The notes under the pieces: generated by a model
Databases searched by the model: none
Told to the model about the DNA's origin: nothing
Seen by the model: only the letters and a program-made list of their open reading frames with translations
Position numbers and translations under genes: made by a program
Assembly: GCA_963804165.1 (NCBI GenBank)
Contig: CAWDPO010000016.1
Span: 32,001 to 96,000 of the forward strand
Length of the DNA: 64,000 nucleotides
Direction of reading: 5' to 3'
Origin: an uncultured delta proteobacterium
Lineage (GTDB): Bacteria > Desulfobacterota > Binatia > UBA9968
Shown here: positions 10,059 to 20,517 of the stretch, piece after piece
Position numbering within the stretch: position 1 is the stretch's first letter
How the letters are laid out: the number at the start of each line of letters is the position of its first letter

Positions 10059-10436
10059 GTGACTTTATATGAAACCCTTTTCGTGGTTCACCCTGAACGG
10101 GGATCGCGGATTAAAGAGTTAATCGAACGGTTTAAAAAAGTGATCGAGGGGCAAGAGGGCACCGTGTCCCTGGTCGATGAATGGGGCATGCGCGATCTCG
10201 CTTATCGTATCGAGAAACAAAGCAAGGGCTTCTACACTTTGCTGCGGTATAAGGCGACGGGGCGAGCCGTCGAGGAATTGGAACGCAACCTCAAATTGAC
10301 CGATGGCATACTGCGATATCTGACCGTGCGAGCCGAGGAAAACGCGATCACAAATCCAGCTGCGGTGCGGCCCCACCCGGATCAACCTAGGAGCGCTCCC
10401 GAAGAGAACGTCGCAAAGACCGAACCGTCGGCATAA
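10059..10436 (+). CDS. rpsF: 30S ribosomal protein S6
   Basis: YETLFVV, DEWGMRDLAYRIEK, ELERNLKL..ILRYL; GGAGG before the GTG start. Confidence 0.93.
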   Translation: MTLYETLFVVHPERGSRIKELIERFKKVIEGQEGTVSLVDEWGMRDLAYRIEKQSKGFYTLLRYKATGRAVEELERNLKLTDGILRYLTVRAEENAITNPAAVRPHPDQPRSAPEENVAKTEPSA

Positions 10437-10455
10437 AACAAAACAACGCGTGCAG

Positions 10456-10680
10456 CACCGATGGGGGAGTACAAGCTTGTCCCCTACGGAACCTGATCAG
10501 ACACCCCAAAATTCGCTGTGCCTCGACGGGCACATGGCAACTGAAATACCGCTCGCCGCGCATCACGGGGAGTCATGGAACGGCGAAGCGAGTACGAAGC
10601 AGTCGCCACAACGGTTCGGTTCTTGGGGCGCAACTTTCGAAGGTCTTCCGAGTTGGAACAAGATTGGCTCGTTGCCGGTG
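10456..10680 (+). ncRNA. Candidate structured non-coding RNA of unknown family
   Basis: About ten nested complementary segments across the rpsF-rpsR spacer (listed in findings); strand assumed from the operon. Confidence 0.45.
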
Positions 10681-10721
10681 AGCCGTTACAACGATTATCG
10701 GGGAAAGAGGTAAATTGAGCT

Positions 10722-11021
10722 ATGGCACAGATGGAACGAGGTCCAAGACCGTTTCGCGAAAGGTCGGACGACGATAAAGGTGGACCGCAGCAGCGCCGCC
10801 GGCCAATGTTTCGTCGCAGGGTTTGCCGTTTCTGCGCGGATAAATCGCTGGCAATCGATTATAAAGATTTGAGGACGATCTCTCAGTTTGTTACGGAGCG
10901 GGGAAAAATGACGCCGAGTCGGATCACTGGAAACTGCGCGCGCCATCAGCGGCTACTGACGACCGCAATCAAAAGAGCTCGCAGCGTGGCGCTGCTCCCC
11001 TTTACCACCGCCAAGAACTAA
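10722..11021 (+). CDS. rpsR: 30S ribosomal protein S18
   Basis: [35 protein letters not shown]. Confidence 0.97.
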   Translation: MAQMERGPRPFRERSDDDKGGPQQRRRPMFRRRVCRFCADKSLAIDYKDLRTISQFVTERGKMTPSRITGNCARHQRLLTTAIKRARSVALLPFTTAKN

Positions 11022-11043
11022 GCATTTCCACCGGTCCATTTCG

Positions 11044-11997
11044 ATGCCGCGGGTAGAAGTCACCAGCCGATTTGTCTTAGCTTTGGCTTCGAGCATGTTT
11101 TTGTTTATCAGCGGCATGAGTTTGCCGCCGTTGGGTGTGATTGTATTGCCTTTCGTGGCGCAGCCTGTTCTCGTGTTCGGGCTTAAATACGGCATCGGCG
11201 CGGGCCTAGGCGTTGTGTGTGGCGCGATCCTGCTCTTGGTGATTTTTGCCAGCGAAGATCTCGCGTTGATCTACGGCGTTTTCGCCGTGCTGGCGGGCTT
11301 GTTATTGAGTTTGCTCGGGCGTATTCGAACGATCGAATATTTGGTCATGGGTGTGGCGACGGTGCTTTTAAGCATGACGGCCGGTCTTTGGCTTTATTTT
11401 TACGGCTCCTGGTCGGCGATATCCCAAGATCTTCAAGCGGGATTGACGCAACAACTAGCGTCCGCCATCCAACTTCAGGAAAAGATGGGCCTGTCACCGG
11501 AGAGTCTGGAAGTGCTTAAGGAGCAGACCCCGCGCATCGTCGAGACGCTCTTGCAACTCTTGCCAGCATTGCTTTTTTTGAGTTTCGCGTTTATCGCCTT
11601 GGTGAATATCCTTTATTTGGGCCGGCGCTTTCCGGAGCGGCGCGTCCAGTGGTTTTCGCTCCCTTATCTGCGCGAGTGGAAGGGTCCCGAACCCTTGGTC
11701 TGGGTGCTGATCGCCTGCGGATTTGCGCTCTTTGTTCCGGGGATCACCGCGTTACGCGTGGTTGCGCTGAATTTTCTCCTGGTCATCGCCGCCTGCTATT
11801 TCGCTCAGGGGCTCGCCGTGATCGCTTATTTTTTTCATAAGAACAATGTGCCGCGGTTTTTGCGCGGCCTGACTTACGTGCTGATCATTTTTCAACAAAT
11901 CTTTACGCTGCTGGTGGTGGGTTTAGGTCTGTTCGATCTGTGGGGCGATTTTCGCCGCTTGAGAAAAGATAACCTGACTCCGAGCCAGGCGTCCTAG
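11044..11997 (+). CDS. YybS/DUF2232 membrane protein
   Basis: Multi-TM protein, FAQGLAVI, C-terminal GLFDLWGDFRR; sits between rpsR and rplI. Confidence 0.85.
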   Translation: MPRVEVTSRFVLALASSMFLFISGMSLPPLGVIVLPFVAQPVLVFGLKYGIGAGLGVVCGAILLLVIFASEDLALIYGVFAVLAGLLLSLLGRIRTIEYLVMGVATVLLSMTAGLWLYFYGSWSAISQDLQAGLTQQLASAIQLQEKMGLSPESLEVLKEQTPRIVETLLQLLPALLFLSFAFIALVNILYLGRRFPERRVQWFSLPYLREWKGPEPLVWVLIACGFALFVPGITALRVVALNFLLVIAACYFAQGLAVIAYFFHKNNVPRFLRGLTYVLIIFQQIFTLLVVGLGLFDLWGDFRRLRKDNLTPSQAS

Positions 11998-12007
11998 TGG
12001 AGGTACC

Positions 12008-12454
12008 ATGGAAGTCATCTTGAAAGAAGACATCGCGAACCTGGGCAAGATCGGCGAACTCGTGCGGGTGCGCGATGGATATGCCCGCAACTATCTCTTG
12101 CCGCGCGGGCTCGTGTTCATCGCCAACAAGAAAAATCTCAAGACTTTCGATCACCAAAAGAAGCTCGTGGCCGAGCAGAAGCAAAAAATCCTGCGCCACG
12201 CTCAAGGCGCGGCCGACCAGCTGTCTTCGGTCTCGCTCGTCATTCCCATGAAGGTCGGGGAAGAAGGCAGGCTTTTCGGTTCGGTGACCAATATTCATAT
12301 CGAAAAGGCCTTGAAAACCAAGGGACTCGATGTCGACCGCCGCAAGATTCATCTCGACGAACCGATCAAAACCGTCGGCGATTACGAAGTCCCCATTCGC
12401 TTGGCCGCCGATCTCATCGTGTCTCTCAAGCTTTCCGTCGTGTCCGAAAGCTAG
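12008..12454 (+). CDS. rplI: 50S ribosomal protein L9
   Basis: MEVILKEDIANLGKIG..VRDGYARNYLLP, GRLFGSVT. Confidence 0.97.
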   Translation: MEVILKEDIANLGKIGELVRVRDGYARNYLLPRGLVFIANKKNLKTFDHQKKLVAEQKQKILRHAQGAADQLSSVSLVIPMKVGEEGRLFGSVTNIHIEKALKTKGLDVDRRKIHLDEPIKTVGDYEVPIRLAADLIVSLKLSVVSES

Positions 12455-12608
12455 AGCGAAGTCCGATCGACGCTGGCGAAAACTCATCGGCCTCAACGAG
12501 GGATGAGAACGCGGCTCTCGTCCCTATTTATTGTCTTTTTATTCGTAGTCTGACAGATCGCGGTCTGTCCAGAGCGCCGTTAGCCTGCCGTTCGTTTATT
12601 TCACGACA

Positions 12609-13496
12609 ATGATGACCCCGGAGCCGGTCGCTTTATCCCGCTCGCAAATCACCCGGGGGCGATGGCTGATCGTCGCCGCCGCGTTTCTGTGGAGTCTGGC
12701 CGGTGTCTTCATCAAGTTCCTAGACGTGCCGCCGCTCACCATCGTTTTCTATCGCAGCCTGTTCGCTGGTTTGGTCTTCACGCCGTTTTTGCGGCGAAAT
12801 GGTTGGTCCATCAGCGCGCCGATACTTATTTCCGCGCTCACTTACACTGCAGCGATCAGTGCGTTCGTCGCGGCGAACAAATTAACCACCGCGGCAAACG
12901 CCATCGTGTTGCAGTACACCGCGCCGATTTTTGTTTTTCTTTTTTCTGGGCTCGTGCTGAAAGAGAAGATTGCCAAATTGAACGGTTTTGCCCTCGCCGT
13001 GAGCATGATCGGCGTGGGCATGATCTCGTTGGACAGCGCCGGCCAGCCGGAAATGGCCGGTGTTTTGCTCGCTCTGTTGAGCGGCCTTTTGTTCGCCGCA
13101 TACATGATCAATCTCCGCCGCACGAGCGAGATCAGTCCGGGTTATCTTACCTGGATCAACAACATTGTCTGCGCGTTGTTACTCTTGTTCGTCGTCAAGT
13201 CGCAGCTTTGGCTGACTTCGATGCAGCTCTGGATTCTGATAGTCATGGGCGTAGTGCAGCTCGGCATGCCCTATTTCTTGTTCTCGAAGGGATTGCACAC
13301 GGTGTCGTTGCAGGAAGCTTCGCTGATCGCTTTGATCGAGCCGGTACTGAATCCTTTGTGGGTAGCCCTCTTGGTCGGTGAGATCCCGTCGAGGGCCACG
13401 GTCACTGGCGGCGGGATGATTCTCCTGGGCCTTGGCGTGCGCTACGTCTGGCCGCTATTCAGAAGGTCAGCGGGGTCTGTGCGTTTGGCGTCGTGA
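12609..13496 (+). CDS. EamA/DMT family transporter
   Basis: About 10 TM segments, ANAIVLQYTAPIFV, LIEPVLNPLWV. Confidence 0.88.
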   Translation: MMTPEPVALSRSQITRGRWLIVAAAFLWSLAGVFIKFLDVPPLTIVFYRSLFAGLVFTPFLRRNGWSISAPILISALTYTAAISAFVAANKLTTAANAIVLQYTAPIFVFLFSGLVLKEKIAKLNGFALAVSMIGVGMISLDSAGQPEMAGVLLALLSGLLFAAYMINLRRTSEISPGYLTWINNIVCALLLLFVVKSQLWLTSMQLWILIVMGVVQLGMPYFLFSKGLHTVSLQEASLIALIEPVLNPLWVALLVGEIPSRATVTGGGMILLGLGVRYVWPLFRRSAGSVRLAS

Positions 13497-13513
13497 GTCT
13501 CGCCGAATTCACG

Positions 13514-13936
13514 TCAACTGGAAATGCGCACGTTGCCGGGATGGCGGATGCGTTCCATTTCTTCGGGCGAAAGTGTTTTGATATCCTTGCGTAGCTCGTA
13601 ATTGATATGCTGGATCGCTTCCGTTGGTCCCGAACGGTTGCCCATGAGCACCATCGGGCCAGCGCCGCTGTTTTCCAACTGATAAAACGAGCCGCCGGTG
13701 ATCGTCGCGACCATACCGGGTGTCATCACGGCTTTGCCGCCGTCAGGAAAGTGCATGGTGCACTCGCCCTCGATGACGTAAAACGTTTGGTCGGCATTGT
13801 GGCAGTGCATATCATCAGCGTCTCCAGGCTTGGGATAGACGTGGAGCCAAGCATGAAACCGATGGGTGTTGAAAATCACTTTGCGCTTGCCATGTTCGCG
13901 CGCCATTTTAGGCATATCCATCACTTCGATCGGCAT
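13514..13936 (-). CDS. Cupin domain protein
   Basis: MHCHNADQTFYVIEGE cupin motif; GGAGG RBS before ATG 13936. Confidence 0.75.
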   Translation of the reverse strand: MPIEVMDMPKMAREHGKRKVIFNTHRFHAWLHVYPKPGDADDMHCHNADQTFYVIEGECTMHFPDGGKAVMTPGMVATITGGSFYQLENSGAGPMVLMGNRSGPTEAIQHINYELRKDIKTLSPEEMERIRHPGNVRISS

Positions 13937-14077
13937 AGTTCCTCCCGAGGGGCTGAGATCGCTAGAAGTTATCAGCACGCCTATTTTCCTGTCAATTCGC
14001 ATCTGACGAAGTTTAACAATTGGCGGTTTTTTTGATAGTTTCACAGGCAATCCAAAACGATATCTAAGGAGGTTCGA

Positions 14078-14882
14078 ATGTCGATGAACTGGGGAATGGC
14101 AAATCGTTTAGCGCGAATTATCAAGTCGGATGGACGGGCGGTCATGCTTGCCGTTGACCACGGCTACTTTCTCGGTCCCACGAGCGGGCTGGAAGAACCG
14201 CGAAAGACGATCGAACCTTTGATGCCGCATGCGGACTCGATCATGCTGACGCGCGGCGTGCTGCGCACTTCGGTGGACGCGAGCGCCGACAAGCCCGTCG
14301 TGCTGCGAGTTTCCGGCGGCACCAGTATTCTCAAGGAACTGTCCAATGAAGATATCACAGTGTCGATTGACGACTGCATTCGCCTCAACGTTTCGGCGAT
14401 GGCGCTGTCGATCTTTGTCGGCTCGGAGTTCGAGAAGGAAACTTTGGTAAGTCTTGGCCAAGCTTGTCGACGAGGGCGAGAAATACGGCATTCCGGTTTT
14501 GGCCGTCACCGCCGTGGGCAAAGACATGGCGCGTGACGTGCGCTATCTCGGCTTGTCCTGTCGCATCGCTGCCGAGCTCGGCGCGCACATCGTGAAGACC
14601 TACTATTGCGACGACTTCGAGCAGCTTATCGAGAGCTGCCCAATTCCAGTCATCGTCGCCGGCGGTAAAAAGACTCCTGAAATGGAGGCGCTCGAACTGG
14701 CACACAATGCAGTGAGCCATGGCGCCGTGGGTGTGGATATGGGCCGAAATATCTTTCAGTCCGATTCGCCGGTGGGAATGATCAAGGCTATTCGGGCGAT
14801 CGTTCACGAGAATGTTTCGGTGAAAGAGGCATATCACATTTACGAGAGCGAGAAGGGGGCGAAGGCGCGCAAGGCTTCCTAA
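14078..14882 (+). CDS. lsrF: LsrF-like class I aldolase/thiolase, split by a frameshift near 14455
   Basis: LAVDHGYFLGPTSGLE, RVSGGTSIL, then in another frame AAELGAHIVKTYY, AGGKK, GVDMGRNIFQ. Confidence 0.85.
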
Positions 14883-14908
14883 TCGTTATTTAAGAAATCT
14901 TGACCATG

Positions 14909-14983
14909 CTTCGACAAGCTCAGTATGAGCGGAGTTTCTTGCTCGAATCAAACTCGGTTCCGCTCGTCCCGAGCTTGTCGAAG
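14909..14983. repeat. REP-like palindrome (CTTCGACAAGCTC type)
   Basis: CTTCGACAAGCTCAGTATGAGCGGA ... TCCGCTCGTCCCGAGCTTGTCGAAG inverted arms. Confidence 0.8.
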
Positions 14984-15087
14984 GACATCCGAAGAAATCG
15001 TCATCTGGTAAACGCCGCCGACGTTCGAGTCGCTTACCTACGATCCTCAACCCGCGCCTAAGTTCTATCGCATACCTGGAGCCGATC

Positions 15088-16114
15088 ATGCGCGTCGCCA
15101 TGTACTACAACAATCGGGATGTTCGGTTGGAAGAGTTACCTGTGCCGAAGATTGGTCCGGGTGAGTTACTCATTAAGACAAGGGCAAGCGGCATTTGCGG
15201 CAGCGATTTGATGGAGTGGTATCGGATCAAAAAGGCGCCGCTGGTTTTGGGCCACGAGGTCACCGGTGAAGTTGTCGAAATCGGTGCAGGAGTCACCCAC
15301 TACAAAATCGGCGACCGGGTGTTCTCTTCGCATCATGTGCCCTGCGGTAATTGCCGATACTGTTCGGCCGGTCATCAATCGGTTTGCGACTTGCTGCGCA
15401 CGACTCATTTCGATCCGGGCGGATTTGCCGAGTATATCCGCGTGCCGAAAATCAATGTCGAGCTCGGCACGCTACGTCATCCCGGACTCAATGACATTCG
15501 ACGAAGGCTCATTTATCGAGCCGCTTGCCTGTGTGGTGCGGGCGCAGCGCTTCGCTCAAGTCGGCGCGGGCCAGACCGTGCTGGTGATCGGCAGCGGCAT
15601 ATCCGGCTTGCTGCACATCCAGCTGGCGCGCGCTCTCGGCGCCGCGCGCATCATTGCGACCGACATCAGTGATTTTCGCCTGAAAGCCGCCTCTGAGTTT
15701 GGCGCCGATGCGACCATACACGGCTCAAACGACGTGCCGGCGCGCTTACGTGAGTTGAACGACGGCCGGTTGGCGGATCGGGTCATCGTTTGTACCGGCG
15801 CGTTGCCGGCGATTCAACAGGCCGTCAGGTCCATCGAACGCGGCGGCACGCTACTTTTCTTTGCGCCGACGGCTGCCGGCGTGGACGTGGGGATTCCGCT
15901 CTTCGATTACTGGCGCGATGAGATTTCCGTAATTACTTCTTACGCGGGCAGCGGCGACGATCTCAAAGAATCCCTCGCGCTGATTCGCGACCACAAAGTG
16001 CGCGTCGCGGACATGGTCACGCACCGCTTGCCGCTGGCGCAGGCAGGCTTGGGGTTTCAATTGACGGCCAGCGGACAAGATTCGATAAAAGTCATTCTCG
16101 ATCCGCTGATTTAA
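15088..16114 (+). CDS. Zinc-dependent alcohol/polyol dehydrogenase, frameshift near 15475
   Basis: GICGSD, LGHE, CGNCRYC...C; second frame EPLAC, VIGSGISG, VTHRLPL. Confidence 0.85.
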
Positions 16115-16169
16115 TCGGTCTAGAGCGTCTTGTGTTCCCAACGCGAGACAGTAGACTCCAGACCCGAGA

Positions 16170-17171
16170 CTATTTCGCCATTCCCAGCTCTTTTCTGGCT
16201 TTATCGACGAAACTGTAGTCGACGACGTCTGCCGTCGATAGAGACTTGGTGACTTTTGCGCTTTCGCGCGCGAGATCGATGAGCACCTGCACGGACTCCG
16301 GCTTGACGTAGGCGTCGCGGGTGAGCACGCGCATGACGTGGCGGATGGTTTCCGCCGCGATTTTCTGATCGCTCATTTTCCACTGCTTCATCACGACGTT
16401 GACGACCGCGTCATGATTGTTTTTATCCCATACGAATTGTAGACCGCGCAGGGTTGCCCGCACCATTCGATAGACTTCATCGGGATTGTCGCGGATTTTT
16501 TTCTCCGACGTGCCGAAACCGTTCTGTGGAAACTCGACGACGTCGCCGGCAAAGACCAGCTCGTTATAGCCCTTTTCGAGAGCAATAATGTTTTCCGGCA
16601 CCGATAGAAAGGAAGCGTCGACGACACCCGTGTCCAACACGGCAAAGCGGCCCGCGGCGGAGCCGCCCATAGGAAGGAGAGAAACATCCCGTCCGGGCTC
16701 GAGGCCGTAATGCTTCAGCACTTTGTCCGCAATGAGTGTCGCCGAACCGCCTGGCGAGCTGCCGGCGACTTTTTTTCCTCTGAGCTGTTTCACGTCTTTG
16801 ATTTCTTTTTTGCTCATCAGAAATAGAAAGGGTTTGGCCACCGTAAAGAGCAGTACCTTCATCGGCTGGCCGCGAACCGCACCACCGATGGTGCCGGTGA
16901 CCGCGCCGTTGTAATCGATGTCGCCGTTCAAAACCGCTGCGCTCGCCAGATTGGCCGGCATGTAGATGATCTCCAAGTCGATGCCTTCGTCTTTGAAAAA
17001 GCCGCGGTGCACGGCGGTATAGAGCGCGAGAAACGAGACGTTGGTCGAGGAGCTGCCCATGCGGACCTTTTTCAATACTTGGGAATGCGCCGATGTCAGG
17101 AGGAAAAATGGCGCCATCAACCAACTCAAGAGGATGCCGCCTGCAAGTATTTTCTTTTCCAGGACCATCAT
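16170..17171 (-). CDS. ABC substrate-binding protein, NMT1/SsuA-like
   Basis: Signal peptide, GFFKDEGIDLEI, LRGKKVAGSSPGG, VVDYSFV. Confidence 0.85.
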   Translation of the reverse strand: MMVLEKKILAGGILLSWLMAPFFLLTSAHSQVLKKVRMGSSSTNVSFLALYTAVHRGFFKDEGIDLEIIYMPANLASAAVLNGDIDYNGAVTGTIGGAVRGQPMKVLLFTVAKPFLFLMSKKEIKDVKQLRGKKVAGSSPGGSATLIADKVLKHYGLEPGRDVSLLPMGGSAAGRFAVLDTGVVDASFLSVPENIIALEKGYNELVFAGDVVEFPQNGFGTSEKKIRDNPDEVYRMVRATLRGLQFVWDKNNHDAVVNVVMKQWKMSDQKIAAETIRHVMRVLTRDAYVKPESVQVLIDLARESAKVTKSLSTADVVDYSFVDKARKELGMAK

Positions 17172-17184
17172 AGCCTCCGTGATT

Positions 17185-17252
17185 CGTCGCTCCCGCGAAA
17201 GCGGGAGCCCAGAGCTCGATAAACCTGGATTCCCGTTTGCACGGGAATGACG
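17185..17252. repeat. REP-like double hairpin (GTCATTCCCG...GGGAATGAC type)
   Basis: CTCCCGCGAAAGCGGGAG and ATTCCCGTTTGCACGGGAATGACG hairpins. Confidence 0.75.
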
Positions 17253-17295
17253 GGAAAAGTCGAAGCCAGCAAAATCCCTGACGGCGGGCGTGCCG

Positions 17296-19210
17296 TCAAT
17301 CGAGCTGGCTCCACTCCTTGAATTCTTCCAACCCTAGCCGTGTCAACGTGTCCATGTAGGGGCGGCCGGTTTTTTCGTGCCGTCCGGTCACGCGGTAATA
17401 CTCGTAGACCAATCCCGGCAGCCATTTGGCGATGGTGAATCCTTTGTACTTGCCGTCGGGGATCGGTTCTAAAAACCGCGGGCCGACGTCCTGCCAATCG
17501 TGATCGGCGATCCAGCCGCGCTGCGTGCCGAAGACGCTTTGAAGAATCATCGCCCGATGGCCGGTATCGAGCATCTCATCGAGACTCACGTCCCATCCGG
17601 TCGTCGCGTTTAACGAATCGACCATGCTCTTCAGGCCGTCGGGCATCTTGTCGTTAAGCGCGAACCAACATGCGCCCATCAAGCCGCAAGCCTGGCGGAA
17701 TTTTTCGGTCAGCGTGTGGGACCGGGTCCAGCCGTCGGGTTGTTGCATATCCAGCGGCCCCCATTTTTCGCGGTAAGCGAGATCCGGCGGCGGTTCGGCG
17801 CCGCCGGCGCCTTGCGGCTTCATGCCGCCGCTGGCGACGAGCTCGCGCAGCATCTGGCTCAGTAACGGGCGCCACTCGTGCTGTGCCGGCGTGCCCCCTT
17901 TGGTGTGCACGACCCAGTTCTTCGCTTCGCCGCCGAGCGCTTCCGCCAACTCTTTCGGTCCGTCGGCAAGAATGTTGCCGAGCCAGGTTTCGCGCCGGGC
18001 GCAGCGCTCGAGCAAAGTTTCCGCCGCCTCCAAGTTGCCCCATTCCAGTTTCAATCCGTCGGTGCGGTCGGGGCCGAGCACGCCTTTTTCCCACGCTTCG
18101 AACGCGAGACCGGCGCCGCAAGCGTAGTGGCTGCATTCGATGCCGAGATCATTGATGCGCTCGGAAAGATAAAGAACATCGTTGCCTTTGAAGCCCAGGT
18201 TGTAAAAAGTATCCTGCCACTCGCTGCCGGCGTTGAAGTGGCCGATTTTTCCTTTGTGGCGTCCTTCGCCGATCTCGACATCCCACGGGCACATGCGCGG
18301 GCACTGAAAGCAGGGACGCAACACGACGTGGTTTTGATCGTAGCCTTTGGCCTCGTCGGTGATGATCGTGCTGCGCCAATTCAACTTGGTAATCGCGCCC
18401 CAGGCGTCGCCATGGCCCACGCTTTTTTTCTTTTGCGCCGGAGTGTACACGCGCGGCTGCAACGCTTTGCGCCAGCGCAGGCCGGCGTCGATCAACTGGT
18501 TTTTGTCGTGCACCCGCGGCCGCTTGGTGCCCCAGACAACGATCGCCTTTAATTTTTTCGAGCCCATGACCGCGCCCAAACCGTGCGCGGCGGTGTGATT
18601 GTAGTCGTTCACAAACATCGCGGCGCGAATGAGATTTTCCCCCGCCGGTCCGATGCAGCCTATGCGCGCATCGCGATGGCCCGATTCGGCGCGCAGCTGT
18701 TCTTCGGTATCACGCACGCCTTTGCCCCAAACGTTGCCGGCGTCGCGCAGTTCGACTTTGTCTTCGCCGATGTAGAGATACGGAAGGTTTGGTCGCCGCG
18801 CCGGTGATGATCATGCCATCATAACCCGCAGCCTTGAGCGACGAGCCGAAGTAGCCGCTCGTCGCCGCGCGGCCGAGGGTGTGTCGCGTTGCGGGGCTGA
18901 GAAACACAAAACAAGTCTTGGTCCCGCCGGGAGTGAAGCCGGTTCCCGTCACCGGGCCCGTCATGCCGACGATCACGTTCCGGGCGTCGTAAGGATCGAT
19001 ATCGAGCGGCAGCTCATTGAGTAGAATATATTCGGACAGCAGCTGACCGCCCCAATATTTCCGCAAAAGCGGCTCTTCGGGAATATTTAATTCGGTGAAT
19101 TTTCCCGCGCTCAAATCGACGCGCAGGATCTTCCCCATGTAACCGCCGGGCAGGCGGGTCTTGCGCTCAATCGGAAAGAATTTGGTGTAATCCGAATTTG
19201 CGTTTGCCAT
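17296..19210 (-). CDS. Aldehyde:ferredoxin oxidoreductase (AOR/WOR) family, copy 1, frameshift near 18780
   Basis: GYMGKILRVDLS, LKAAGYDG, CIGPAGENL, GAVMGSKKLKAI, CxxCxxxC, GACWF. Confidence 0.88.
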
Positions 19211-19236
19211 CGCGATTCCTTGTTAGCAAAGGGTTG

Positions 19237-19317
19237 GTTCCAATCGTTCCACTTGTTCCAGTCGTTCCAAACGTTTGGACGAATGGAACGATTGGAACTA
19301 TTGAAACGTTTGGAACG
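19237..19317. repeat. 9-bp periodic palindrome, copy 1
   Basis: 4x GTTCCANNN followed by 4x inverted TTGGAACNN. Confidence 0.85.
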
Positions 19318-19335
19318 CGAACGCTAAGCGTTCGC

Positions 19336-20391
19336 TCAGTCCGCCGCCGCCCATAAACTCGATCCGCCGGTAAATTCGATATCCAATCTCTCCCAACTGT
19401 CACCCAGGTCGCGGCTGATCATTAGATCACCGGCGCCGCCGGCGCCCGACGCGTGGCCGCGGGCGACGTTGCCGAAGCCGGCAAACACCGACTTGTGATC
19501 GGTCGGATGATGCACCAGCGCCCAGATCATCGAGTCGAGGTCATCGGCGAGTCCGTTGGTGATGCGCGTCCAGGACGCCGCGCCATCTATGCTTTTGAAC
19601 ATCGCCGCGCGCGCGCCGCGGTTTTCTCTGCGCCAGAATCCCGGAGACGCGTCGGCTGTTGCGATGAGCATTGTCGGTTGCTCGCCGTTGCGCTCCGGCG
19701 GCAAGAAGAGAAAATCATGAAAGTAGTCGCGGGTCAGGCCATTTTCCGCGCGCACCCAACCATCTTGCGGCTTGTCGCTGGTGAAAAAGCCGCGCGCCGA
19801 CGCGACGTAGTAACGATCGGTGCGTCTGGGAAAATTCGAAATGACGTGAATGTCGAGATAATCGATGCCCTTGCTGACGTCCTCCCAAGTCTCACCGCGG
19901 TTAAAGCTGCGCACGATGCCGCCATGTTCGAGACACAGATAGATCGTATTTGGATCGTCCGGGTGAATATGGATGTTACGCACGTGACCGTGGTGCGGTG
20001 CTTGTGGATACCACCAGTTCTTGCGCACCGACTGGGGCAATGCTTTCAACGACATGATCTCTTGCCAGCGATCGCCACCATCCTCGCTGCGAAAAAGGCC
20101 GACCGGCTCGATGCCGGAATAGATCACTCTGTCGTCCGTCGGATCGACGGCGACGGAGCGAATATCGCCATCGAGCACCTTCGCCCAGCTTTTGCCGCCG
20201 TTGGCGGTGCGATAGAGGCCGTCGTGGGTGACGCCGACGAAAACAGTTTCCGGTGACCGCTTGCAGCCGTGAATGGAATCAATGATGCCGTCCTCAAAAT
20301 GGTGCGCAACTTCCTGCCAGCCGCTGTTCGTCGAACGCCAGATGATCAAGCCATGTTGTGTGCCGGCATACAATCGTACGCCTTCGGTCAT
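19336..20391 (-). CDS. BNR/Asp-box beta-propeller protein (WD40/YVTN-like)
   Basis: Repeated S/T-x-D/N-G-G-x-x-W Asp boxes; AAGGAG RBS before ATG 20391. Confidence 0.8.
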   Translation of the reverse strand: MTEGVRLYAGTQHGLIIWRSTNSGWQEVAHHFEDGIIDSIHGCKRSPETVFVGVTHDGLYRTANGGKSWAKVLDGDIRSVAVDPTDDRVIYSGIEPVGLFRSEDGGDRWQEIMSLKALPQSVRKNWWYPQAPHHGHVRNIHIHPDDPNTIYLCLEHGGIVRSFNRGETWEDVSKGIDYLDIHVISNFPRRTDRYYVASARGFFTSDKPQDGWVRAENGLTRDYFHDFLFLPPERNGEQPTMLIATADASPGFWRRENRGARAAMFKSIDGAASWTRITNGLADDLDSMIWALVHHPTDHKSVFAGFGNVARGHASGAGGAGDLMISRDLGDSWERLDIEFTGGSSLWAAAD

Positions 20392-20405
20392 ATGAACTCT
20401 CCTTG

Positions 20406-20506
20406 GTTCCAGTCGTTCCAACCGTTCCACAAGTTCCAATCGTTTCGTTGATCCGTTCTATCCGGAAACTTTGGAACGATTGAAACATTTGGAACCATTG
20501 GAACGG
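20406..20506. repeat. 9-bp periodic palindrome, copy 2
   Basis: GTTCCAGTC GTTCCAACC GTTCCACAA GTTCCAATC ... TTGGAACGA TTGAAACAT TTGGAACCA TTGGAACGG. Confidence 0.85.
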
Positions 20507-20517
20507 TCTTCATCCAT

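Noticed and set aside
10456-10680. SRP RNA, tmRNA, RNase P or group II intron identity
   Set aside because: The diagnostic motifs (SRP helix 8, tRNA-like ends, P4, GUGYG/domain V) are not present.
10450-10713. 87-aa ORF as ssb/priB or another protein
   Set aside because: No OB-fold features, no RBS and atypical composition; base-pairing explains the region better.
14440-18790. Programmed frameshifting or recoding in lsrF, ADH and AOR1
   Set aside because: No shared slippery heptamer, and the paralogous AOR2 is uninterrupted; assembly error is simpler.
19237-20506. 9-bp arrays as CRISPR
   Set aside because: Units are 9 bp with 3-nt variable linkers and inverted arms; there are no 25-45-nt repeats or spacers and no cas genes.
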